A stretch of DNA of 64,000 nt. Source: Squalus acanthias. Lineage: Eukaryota. Positions within the stretch are counted from its first letter, which is position 1. Every line of letters begins with the position of its first letter. The notes under the pieces are model-generated. The model had not been told where the DNA came from. It was given only the letters and a program-made list of their open reading frames with translations, and did not search any database. Location: contig CM059447.1 of assembly GCA_030390025.1 (NCBI GenBank), forward strand, positions 19,468,001 through 19,532,000, written 5' to 3'. A program made the position numbers and the translations under genes. Below, piece by piece: positions 10,978 through 23,600 of this stretch.

Positions 10978-11567
10978 ACAAAAAGACTGGAGAAAGCTTT
11001 AAATAAAATCAGCTGCTTTTAAATTCACAAACACTCACTGCCAACCCTATGTGTTACAGGATTTTTCAAGTCAATCAGTCAATCTCCATTTCAGATTCTC
11101 AAACCTATAGAGCATCACAGACATAAAAGCAGGACAACATTCTACTTATCTACATAGATGCTGCTTTCAATTTTAGCAGGGCGATACAAAATATTTAAAC
11201 CAGGTAAAGGTCTACAGTTGTACAGTAGAGTAATAAAAGGCTACATAATGCCAATCATGGAAGGAGAAGGGATGGCGATATCTATTCTATTTGCGGTCAA
11301 TTCTGTAAACCGTCTTTAGAGCCCCTGCTACGGAGGCAGTGGGCGCAATCTTTTAACTTGTATTTTATACTGCAGTCAGGCAAAAGGTCTCCTTGCGAAG
11401 GTGTTCTTAAAAAAACATTTTTTTTTTTTTTAAGTTTTCCTTCCGCATTTTAGTTAAAGGCATCGAGAGCTTCATTTTGTCGGTTTGCTTTGTAGGGGGG
11501 GTCACGAGTTTCAAGGTTAGAATGGGACATCAGCCATGCATTGTCCGCCCTCCATGGTGAGTTATTT

Positions 11568-11618
11568 TCATCGAGGAACAGCGGAATGGACGCCGCTGGA
11601 AGTCACCCGGGCTGGGAT
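11568..11618 (-). CDS. CSNK1D: CSNK1D terminal exon, delta1 tail [16 protein letters not shown]
   Basis: Acceptor ttgcttctttggacag; homologous to the human delta1 tail IPGRVASSGLQSVVHR*; TGA at 11570-11568. Confidence 0.96.
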   Translation of the reverse strand: MPARVTSSGVHSAVPR

Positions 11619-14600
11619 CTGTCCAAAGAAGCAAACAAAAAATAAATTAGTCCCTTACAAGTGTCAGATACCACTGCATTTCTCACAATGTTAATGGCTA
11701 ACCACCGACATACACTGCTAGGGAAATGTGGGATACAAATGCAAACACAAAAAAGCTGCATAAAGTGGGATACGGCCCAAAAAATATTTGCTTAAATGCT
11801 TTCCACCAATTCTACGTTACAAGCAGGGGATATTCAAATTTTTAAAATGCATCTTAAAAAAAAAATTCTATTTCAGAAAATTTGGGGACTGGATAGAGCA
11901 GTGGGCAAAAGCACAACCTCTTCACTTCTCTGACCTGTGTGTGAATCCAGCCCAGACTGATGGGATGACAGTCTCCCCACTATCTGGTTTGTAAGCGAGA
12001 TGAATCGAGGCACCATAACCCAATTCTTAGTGGGCAACAGTCAAAACAAAAACTTACCCTCCGATAATTCTGCAAATATTGGTGCAAAATTTGCAAACGA
12101 ATTCAGAAACCACAAAGATACTGGCGTAAAAAAAAGGGAAATATTCACACCGGTATTGTATGTAGCAGGGTGCTATTAAATCATGAGTTAAGGCATGCTA
12201 CTGGGATTGGTAGCGGAAGCTTCAATCTGCATTTCACCCACTGTATCACTGACCTGGCAATATTTGACATGCCAAAAAGTATAAACTATCCCAATCTCCA
12301 GGATCAATAGCGCTCATCTTAACAAGCACGAAAATAAACCCTTAGAAACTGATGAAAGTTCAAACAGGAGCTGCCTGTCCCATAGGACTTCCTTCAAACA
12401 GGAGAGATCACCAGCCATTTTATTACTTGTGTGAATACCGATCATTGATTATACAGGAAGTGCGCTTTTGCTGGATCACCGTTTGCACTGAAAGGATGGC
12501 CACTCCTAAAGGTGAATAAGGCGGACCTTTATCTACCAGAGAAGCTCTAAATAACACCAATATTATTTGCTCAAAGCCAGGATCATTTACAAAGCAGCTG
12601 TACTTTAAACTAGCTCCCTAAAAGAAAAAAGCTTGAGGGAACTACAGTACTTTGAACAGAAAATACTCATTGCAAATTCCCTCTCAGCTTTTTAATGAAG
12701 GTACCTTTCTAAAGTACTAGGTTATTATGCTGAAATTGATTTCAGTAACTCCACTCGTGATTTAAAAAGCCACATTACACTATTTTATGTACCAATATAG
12801 TTCATTGCATGGGTCTACATGCAATATACATTTACAACAGGAGTATAATAATAAAACCGATGAATCTGGTCACAGCTGAACAGACCAAATTCCACTCAGA
12901 GACTGGATTTGGAGCATTTCAAATTCAACTAATGATGAACTGGCTACACTTTAACTTGACTTTGAATTTTCAACTGAATATTTTACATTGAAATTACAAG
13001 CAGCTTCATGTTTTTTGAATTTAAAGTAACATAACTGTTTGAAGTTATGGCTATTTAAATGTCACCATCTAAGAAAATGCTGTCATTGTTAATACGTGAA
13101 GACCTTTAAATACAGTATTAAAAAAACTACCGATTCCCCAAAGGTATAAACACGAATTCTCCAAATTTATTGAAGATTCACACCTTTAAGACAAGACAAT
13201 GTATTTTCAACTTTATAATTACTGTATCGAGATACATTAAATTTAGGGGTTTTCAGGGTGTCACATGTATGCATCTAATATGTATTGCAGCAAAACCATT
13301 AACAGACTACCTATTGCAATATCCTTCAGCCTTGAAGCATGAATAAATACGTAAATGCAGACCCGTAGGAAAATGCAATGACATTTTCCCCTTTACCTTT
13401 GACAAAAAGGCATTTCAGTCTTTGACGAGCATTTACCGTTTCCTGTGGCATAAAGTAATTTGGGACAACCATAACAATGCAATGATTAGCCAAAATGTCT
13501 AGTCATCTCAACGAAAACTATATGAAGCAGTGCCTTGGCCACACATCTTACCATTGTGTCAGCATGTTACTTTGCAGAATCGGAGGTGAAATATTAAACT
13601 TGAACTTGCTTCACTTTGCAAAAAAGGTTATCCATTAAAATATTTAGTTTATTCAGCAACACTCATTTTGTAATGATCAAACCTTAATGTAATGTTTTCA
13701 GTTTTGTTCAGTATTTTAAGTATACTAAGAAAAACATACAAGAGTTTTTATTTTAGCAAACTGTACATACAAATTTGGAATTGCCAAAATGTTACAGATG
13801 TAGAGGGTGGCCCCAGTTTCACTGGTATATTTGGTCATTATGATCCTAAGCCTGCAACATAGATTTGTCTATACTCAGACTCATTTGCAGATTTTTTAAA
13901 GCAGACCGAGTGTTAACTTGCAACTTAAAGTGCAACTGAATTGGTAGATATACACCAATACACTGCTAGCACTGTAATGATGACAATATGATTTAAAAAA
14001 ATGAAAGGGAGCAGTGTTGACAAATATTTTCACTCCGTTATATAGGCGAAAGATGTTTTTGTCGTCTAGCTTGAGCAGTTCATAGAGAAGAACTCAAGTA
14101 AAAATTAACGCTCCAAACATGAAACGCAGCTTTGCGCGTTGACTCATGCTGGACATAGGTGCCACCAACACACAATACCAGCTGCTACCACCCCCTTCTT
14201 TTCCATTAGTTTGTTTAATGGCTTTAAACATTAGACCATGATCTATCACAACAGTATGCTACAGATCCTTTAAAGATCAATTCACTGACTGAACCAGTGC
14301 AACAAATGGTAGCACAAGAATCTGTTTAAGTAACATATCTCCTCTTCCTCCAATTTCCTTTTAAAAGCAAAATTGTTGCAACACTGCAAAACACACCCAT
14401 GCAGAAAGTGAAGTGTTGAACTACGCAGTAGTATTATCAAAGCAGGAAACCGTGCAGCAAGACTTCACAAGCAGATTAAACGGAAATCAAGCCAAAACTC
14501 TCAAAGATCAAGTATCATTGCAGAAGTGGTCTACACTAACAAACTGGAAAATGCAAATTAAGGTTCCAAAGAACTACAGCAGCCAGGATGCAATCTGGGG

Positions 14601-17600
14601 GGGGGGGCAAAGAGAGATTACAAGCAGGGTGAAGAACTGCAGCAAGTGATTTGGGGCGGGGGGGGGGGGGGGGGAGAGAGAGAGAAACACCAGGCAATAT
14701 AAAGATAAAAATCCACCTGATCTTCCATTTTTAGTATGGAAACGTTGAACTACTTTCAATATCCATGCTGAGGTTTTTTCTTAAACACAGACCTGTAATG
14801 TAAAAGTGAAGCAAAGCCTTGCCCTATTTTCTAACCCCCAAAGTTTCACTTCTTATGCTGTTTTGTATGTGCATACATATTATTAATCTAAATATCCAGC
14901 AATTTATATTGATTTCTCAGCCTGCAGTCATACTGGTGCCATCTGATGCTGCATCCACACTGGTACAATGGCATACACTACACTCTTATTGTGCTGGATA
15001 ATATACGCTCACATGTATTCCAAAGCTTGCTGTGCTGAATGTGATTGAGAATTAATTATAAAGTAGGTTAAGTTTAACCACTCTCGCACTGTCTTATAAA
15101 GTGTGACATGCCCTGCAGTATATTTTGGGGAAGTAGTGTGGAATAGACGGTTTACACAAGTCTATCAATGTCCAGTTGCTGCAGAGCTAGTTCTGAATTG
15201 GCTTTGAGTGGTTACATTTTTGAAGCCGTTGTAAATTCAGAACCAATGTTTAACATACAGCTTCACTATAAAAGGAGCTGAAGACTCCAATATAGTCAGT
15301 CAGTGCTGTCCTCCTTTCTTGGGCACTGTGAATACAAATTTATATTGATCCAGACTGTACAGGATGGAATGTAGTACACAAGCAGAGTACCTTTACACAA
15401 AGGCTGAGACATTAATATTTACCTGAAACAAAAAGAATCACGAGAAGGATCTTGCATGTGGAATGTGATTAATAGTGGGGATTTCATGGCACTTTATAGT
15501 ACGGATTAGATATTTGATCCCTACACAATGTGCTTTAAACCCTACCATCCTCAGTCTCTTCTACTTCAATGAGATGGGATTGAGATAAACTCACCCAGTG
15601 CTGCCTTCAATGCGTGTGGACCAGCTACATGCCATGATGCTCGAAGGGGAGGCTATTCTGAGGTGGGGGAAAAGACAACCATTTGTAATCTGTGCCACTA
15701 CCCACACAAAACCATCGTTAACAATGAGTTGTAACACTCAAGTAATGATCTGTACAGCTAAATTAGCAAGTTGGACATAATAGAGCTTGAAATTGGACAT
15801 CACCCAGAATTTATTGGAACAACAGGTTCCATCTTTTAGTCTGCACTTCAATGAACCAATAGGTCAGCAAGAGCTTGGACAACGGTCCATGCCCAAAGAA
15901 GTGCAAATTGGTATCTAGAAGGATTCAAGCCATGTGTTAGCACAGGACTCAAGAACAATCCACCTGAGCGTTGGTAACGGCAGCAATCTAATTGTGACCG
16001 CAGGGCTGAAATTTCAGAATTCAACTGTTTTTCATATACTAAATAAAGCTGGTCACTTCAAGAGCATCTTCTCTGGTCATCTCTTTGGTGGTAAAAGGAT
16101 CAGTGAATATTAAAAAGCTGTACACATTTTCTACTCATGGATGCCATGCACATAAAATTTATATTTCAACTCCCATTACATTCTCAAGCACAATTCCACA
16201 CAACTTATTTCAAATTACTTTGCTAGCAGTTTATAACTTCCTTTACAGCACCTTAAATCAAGTATATATCAAGACCACAACAGCTTACTGCAGCACAAGT
16301 AGTAACCTGCTGTGAACCTTTCATTACCTCACAAATTGAAAAAAAGACTATGAAAATCCACTCCCCACCTGGCAGTATAGCCAGGAGGTTACCAGAGTCC
16401 AGATCAGCTGGTGCAGATATTCAAATCATAACCATAAAGAGATGTGAAGACTTTTAAAAGTTACATTTGGCTCCCTCCTATTTCTCATCTACGTGCTGTC
16501 CCTCAGCGACATAATCCGAAAACATGTCAGGTTCCACATGTACACCAACGACACCCAGCTCTCTCACCACCACCTCTCTCGACCCCTCCACGGCCTGTGC
16601 TATCCGGCTGCTTGTCCGACATCCAGTACCAAGATGAGCAGTAATTTCCTCCAATTAAACATTGGGAAGACCAAACCATTGTCTACGGCCTCTGCCACAA
16701 ACTCTGTTCCTTAGCCACCAAATTCGTTCCCCTCCCTTGCCACGGTCTCAGGCTGAACCAGATAGTTCACAATCTCGGCATCCTACTTGACCCTTAACTG
16801 AACATCCATATCCTCTCCATCACCAAGACCGCCTACTTCCACCTCTGTAATATTGCCCGTCTCCACCCCTGCCTTAGCCTAACTGCTGCTGAAACCCTCA
16901 TCTATACTTTTATTACCTCCAAACTCATCTATTCCAATGCTTGCCTGGCCGGCCTCCCATCTTCCACCCTCCAACAGTGAGCTCACCTAAAACTCTGCTG
17001 CCCGTATTCTAACTCACACCAAGTCTCTTTCACCCTTCACCCCAGTGCTCGCTGACCACATTAGCTCCTGGTCCACTAATGCCTCAAATTTAAAATTCTC
17101 AGCCTTGTGTTAAATCCCTCCATATCTCTAACCTCCTCCAGCCCTACAACCCTCCAAGAACTCAATCATTGGAGGCTGTGCCTTGAGCGGTCTAGACCTC
17201 AAGCTCTGGAATTCCCTCCCTAACCCCCCGCCCCCCCCTCCCCCCAATCCTTAAAACCTACCTCTCTGGCCAATCTTTTGGTCACCTGTCCTAATGTCTC
17301 CTTCTTTGGCCTGGTGTCAACTCTTTTTGTTTGGTTACACTCCTGTGACGCGCCCTGGGACGTTTTACTACATTAAAGGCACTATATAAATGCAACTTGT
17401 TGTTGTACACTACAGGACCTAGAGCAGTCCAAAACATCTTAAATGTACTCCATATAATTTGGCATTGCCCAAAGCTTGGAAGTTTGGTGTTAATAGGAAG
17501 AAAATAAAAGGAAATGAAGTTATAAAAAAGTGAAAAAAGGAACAACAATGCATCAGATTAGATAACTGGGTAACTCAAAGTAGAAGGATTTGAGGAGCGG

Positions 17601-20600
17601 TAACAGGAACAAGACAATACTACAGAATTATTAACACAGTGGTAAATAAACATCTGTAAATTACTTTAATTTTATTCAAGTAAAACTTCAACGTCATGTG
17701 GAGCTCAACAGTGAAGACTATATAAACTGTCCAGGAGGAAAGTCCAACACTGAAGTGCAAGATATGGTACTGCAGTATCATAGGATCACCTCAAGTTGTT
17801 TGATAAATGTATTCTTCTGTTACCACATTGCCATTGGAAGTCTGCAAGAAGCATATTCTAAAAGGTTCTGCCTTCAATTTTATATAGCGATGAAAACAAT
17901 GTCGGGTTGCACAGGTGCCATGATTTTATTTATGGAATTATTCCTTTGAGAACAATCTCTCAAGGAACAATATTATCTGATAAATGAAGCCATTTAATTT
18001 CTGCCAGAATGTCTCGATAAACTGTTTTCAACCACATTAGATTTAAACATTTAATACTTGAGCTTTGGCGTGCTGAAACGCAAACTGTTGGGAGTAGGAA
18101 AGAGTAAAAATAGCCTGACATTAGCAATATTCAGCGAGTTAGTAATTTCAATTCAAACTGTTAAGTCTTTTAAATAGGCCTTGAAAAATATTTCCCAACA
18201 CGTACAAGCCAAGTAACAGCAAACTGTTTACGGAATGCAAATGAATCTCACTTTACACTAAGCGGACAACGTAAGCCACAGTCTGAGCTAATTCCATCTG
18301 CAACTATAAACAAAACACTCATTTTGTTTTGAATTACGTGCCATGTTTACTTACATTCAGAAACCTGTTTCAGCATTGCACAATATGAATGCTGCAAGCA
18401 GACTCGACTCTTACTGAAGCACAGACCACTAGCAGATTCGACTCTTACTGAAGCACAGATCACCAGCCTACACACATACAGAGCACGCTACAATTATACC
18501 ACAAGCCAAACCAGCCCGTCTAAGGCAAATCTAGAATTGCTGCAATGCAACTTTTCTATTTTCAGCAAAATAATCCAGACACTGCAAGGCGAAAACCCTC
18601 AGGTGTTTCTCAGGTTTGAAGTGTAAGGTAAGATGCAGCCTGCTCCTCCACAACAGTGACCGGCACACAGTTGGGGAGGGAAACAAGAAAATTGTGTTCT
18701 TCAGGGAAAGACTTAGTGTAAAATTATTTTTGTATTCAACTTTATTCCAAATACAGTTGGTGACTTTTGAGTCTTTACATTAAAGTTTGCTTTTAACAGT
18801 ATTTTCTGGGCCTGTTCATTTAATAAATAAGTCCCCTTGAAAAGAGAACAGTTGAGGTATTATCTCAATACAAAACAAGCAATTGCCTGAAATTACTAGG
18901 AAGGTGTGACGTGCATCACACTAGAAAATGTCAGGATAGGTGTGGATTATTTTATTAAAATTACTATTTTTGGAGCCAGTGGGCGATAATCTCACTTTTA
19001 CAATGACCAGGAATGCATCCTCACAACCTCCATCGCAATTCATCCAGAAACATCTGTAAAGGAAAACCAGATGATACACAATTTCTATTTACTTCCATCA
19101 CTCAAACCTGTAAATACAAGTTACATTTGAGATTTATTTTTGATGTGGTGGTGTGTGGGGGCGGTTGGGAAAATAGCTCCTACGTCTCATCATGTCTTCC
19201 TAGCTGGGAGAGTTGGCAACATTTAGTACATTCTCCTCTGCCACAGGCAGCAAAAGAACACATCCATATAAACAGTTCCTTCCCATCATTTCCCCCCCCC
19301 CCCACCCCCCAACACATTCATAAATATGTCAGAAGTGACACCCTGTAACTTTTAACCAAAGTACACCGTCACTACCCAGGGAAAGCTGCACAATTCAGTC
19401 TAACAATGCTTAAAACCATTAATGTTCTTGTTTTGAAGAGTATTGCTGCAGTTTGTAGAAGGGCTACAAAGCAAGTCTGATTTTTGTTTTGATGCTTCAC
19501 AGTGAATCCATTAGCAGCCCAGGTTTCCCTCCCCCCAACCAGGTGTCGCACAACACGGAAAATTCAACACACTCATTACCAATGTCAGCTGAGATCTCAA
19601 ACCACATCCGTGCTTAGAATTAGTGATGTGGGCTTTTGGAGGAATGGTGGGTGTACAGCCTTTCCTCATCCTTGACGTTTCTTGTGTTTAACCACTTCCT
19701 GCTTTAAAAAGGGGTTTGGTTGTAAAGGGAGTACGCAGGAAGAAAGGAACTGAAGGAATGATTTAAGAAACTTTCTACACAGATAAGCCAACTTCCCCAT
19801 TATTAAACTGCATGTACAATCATCAACTTACCACTTCCTTATTAATACTTAGGCAAACACCTTTTGTCTCAATAGCTTAGTTTTGAAAATTATATCTCCA
19901 ACATAAAACCAACGGTTCACCAAAAATAAAGTATTTTTCTCTCTAATCTTAGTAATTTGCCTATTGAGGGCTGTGAACACTTGCATCCAAGTTGCACATT
20001 GCCCAAGTACTTTGAGGATGTATAGGATGACTGAGTAAGGAGTGCTGAATATGGGCAATTTTTCAAAGTATGAAATTCTGACAAAACTGTTGACTGCTGC
20101 AGGTGCAAGCGAGTTATATGGATCTGATACACAAGTGAAAGGTCTTACAATTAGGCACTCTCCAGTGTGTTATTCTTTTTAACTCTAGTTATTAAATTAG
20201 TACCAATACTGCTAGTACAGGTGCAAGGATAGCTGTTCAATTCAGTCTAAACAAAGGTAGGGACCCTTCAGAAAAGATGAAGGTTCACAAATGATGAAAT
20301 ATATTTCTTTTTAAATTAAGGCTAAAAGCTCTACACAAAGAGGTAATTGGAGCAATAGAATCCATGTATACACAATTTAAAACTAATGGTTACCTCTAAG
20401 GTTTGATATTTCACACATTAACTTGTCTGAAGCTATCCACAGTCACCACAACAAAGCTAACAAATGATTAAAGAACATAATAAATGCACTGGAAAGGTCA
20501 ATAGGGGCTGATGTGACAACCTTTTTGTTGCTTTGATAAACCTTTCACAATGTGTTACTGCAATACCCATCAGATGATTTTAAAAACAATTAAGGGGTTT

Positions 20601-23600
20601 TAAAATAGCCTGCCACAGCTTGTCCAATCATGGGAGATCAATAGTTAAAATGAGAGAGAGAATACACATAATTCAACAAAATCCATACTTGAGCTGAAAG
20701 TTTAGAGGAAGAATTAAGACAGAAAGGGCAATTAAATGGGCAGTGTGCATTTCCTTGATGGTCAAGAGAATGATCAATTAATAGAACATAACCAAACTCC
20801 TGATTTCAGTACACCAAAGATTTAAATATCGGTCCAGTATTAACAGTCAAACTGCAGGTAGGAATCATGAAGGTACGATTTCAGTTGCACGTTGTGGAAG
20901 CTTTATTTGGCCATGGGGAAAGGTTTAAAAATAAATATGCATCTACTGAATATTGCAAGAGCAATGGGATTATTGTTACATTTTATCGTAACATTCTTAG
21001 ACCTGATCTCAGTTAATCTTTTTTTGTAGTTCTAATCTGAATGGAATCAAATAATTAACATGTATATCTGACAACCTGCCCCTTTAGGAACTAGCTATTT
21101 AGTTTTTGCCATTCCTGACAAACAATTCATAATATAAGAACACCTAATACAATGAAAAGGTCAACCAATGGCATTGTTTTTCTTAATCTAGCCATAAGGC
21201 TTCAAATATTTATCAAATATTTTCGATAACTGATGGTCACCAGAGAGGAAGGATAGAAAACCAAAGGAGTAATGTAACAGGGATCGAATAGTGTGCTGAA
21301 AGTATCAGCTAAAAGCTTCAACAGCTCTTTCCCATTGATCTGTTGGTTACTTTCAGCCAGTTTCGCCTCCTGGTCACGATCCAGAGGACCCATATTGGAA
21401 GCTAACCTTTCTTCCAAGTAATGGCATACGCAGGGGAGATAAGTTTGACCATCACCACCTTGGCTCACAAAAGAATGGCAACTTGAGAATGACAATAGAG
21501 AGCTGCCACAACCCATGAAACTACACCTCAATATGAGCAGTCACTACCTGGGGGGTGGGGGGAAATCGAAGATTGCTGGAACAAATAAAAAACCATAAAA
21601 AAAAGGCATCATTAAGACTCCAAATAGATTTGCATCAAGTTTTACTCAACTCAGGATGTGGGTGTCACTGGCAAGGCCAGCATTTATCGCCCATCCCTAG
21701 TTGCCCTGCACAACTGAGTGACTTGCTAGGCTACTTCAAAGGGTAGTTAAGAGTCAACTGCGCTGCTGCGAGACTGGCATCACATATAGGCCAGACTAGG
21801 TAAGGACGGCAGGTTCCCTTCTCGAAAAGACATTCGTGAACCAGTTGGGTTTTTACGACAATCTGACAGCTGCATGGTCACTTTTACTGATACCAACATT
21901 TTATTTCTCGTTTTTGCAGGAAGTTGGCTAAAACCTGGTTTAAAACCCCCAAAATCATTAAAAACATTCTCTACATTGCATCAAATTTAGGAAATACACC
22001 CATGCGGAGTTTAATGTTTTGTACTGATTATACCTGTGATGTTGACATTCGTGATGTGTCCTGACGTCCGGTTAAATCTGTCGAGGAAACATTAACAGGA
22101 GCGCCACGATGTAACCTCATGCTCACTTTCCGCTCCCGTTCCATGCCAGAGACAGGGCGTGGAGACGTATTAGCTGAAGAATAAATATGAAAGTCAGGTT
22201 AAACCAGCCCCACCGCACAATCATGGAAAAATATCCAATGAGTAATTTGAATATTCATTTTGTTTAGTGACTGTGTTAAAGCGTGTCACCACCAAGAGCC
22301 ACGTTTATTATGCGGAAGTGTTTATGGTAGTGAACCAGGGAGGTTTACAGGTAAGGAGAAAGCTTTGGTTTCAAAATTAATTTCCAGCCCTGCTGTCCAG
22401 CTGTGGATTAAACTGCATTCATAACCATTTTGAAAACTTCCCATTTTCAAAATGCTCCACATATGCACCCATGCTTTCACAAGAAACAATATGTTAAACA
22501 TTTCCATTCCTACCATAAAGATATTCAAGTTTTTACACAGATCACTCCTGAATTATGGGACTGGATACATACATGGCTGACCCCAGGTTGCAAATGGTGA
22601 ACAAAGGCAAAACTTTGCAGATTAAGCTGCACCATCTTGGCAATGGATGACTTTCTTTTTAAGCCTCTAATTTTACACTGGAACCAAATTTTAAACTATG
22701 AAGCAGTGTACCTACCATTAACAGTCAAGAATGCAGTGGTGATGATACATCGTAATGCAATTACTTACTTTTAAAAAATATATACTAGAATTGGATTTAA
22801 ACTGATTTATCAAATTAAACCCATAAATAATATATGGTCATTTACTTTGTGAACTTACTGAACCATGGCCCTAATCATTTACCATAAATTTAAAATTTGT
22901 TTCTTGTGAAAAGATGGGTGCATATGTGGAGCATTTTGAAAATGGGAAGTTTTCAAAATGGCTATTAATACAGTTTAATACACAACTGGACAATGAATAA
23001 TGTAAAACCCTCTTCACAATTTAATCTGAACGTATAATTTTAAAAATGGAGCCAAAAGTTGCAATTTCTTAACAATGTCCACTGTAGCAAGCCCCCATGG
23101 TAGGGCTATGAATTAATTCCATCAACAGGAGTTCCCATTTTCAGTCACAGCTGAGTGGTGACCAGTTGCTTTTTGGTAGAGTTGTAAGCGGCTGTTACTA
23201 GTGGCTGCTTGGACAGCACAAGACAGGCCCAAAAACAGATCCCCTGCTCGCCCTTTTGAAACCAAGGATAAGAACTTCAGGTTTTTAAAAAAAATGTTTC
23301 TTAAGCAATTTTCTCCTCCTCTAAAATGGTTAACTCTTTTCCAGTGTATGGCCCCAGAGACACCCTCCTGTACTTAATCCAGGTGGTCATCACTCACGTG
23401 TGAACCTTGACAGTAAGTATTGGTGGGCGGTTTAACCACAGTGGGTATTACAGTGAAGCCCCATCTTGTTCTCGCTCAACATCCACGCATGCACTTTTCC
23501 AACAGGGGCTCCCCCAATTACCATTAAATCTCCTGCAGTACTTTTTATAAAACCTAAACTCACCACTCCACCAAATTACTCAACAAGGCCCACAGCTCTA

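Larger units (their letters stand above)
9750..11567 (-). other. CSNK1D: Probable CSNK1D 3'UTR (about 1.8 kb; 3' end approximate)
   Basis: Repeat-free AU-rich sequence after the stop codon, with several TGTA motifs upstream of an AATAAA at 9774-9769. Confidence 0.6.

Noticed and set aside
13552-13613. Possible further intron 8 exon with strong donor ATG|gtaaga
   Set aside because: The only nearby acceptor is a weak AAG; not enough support.
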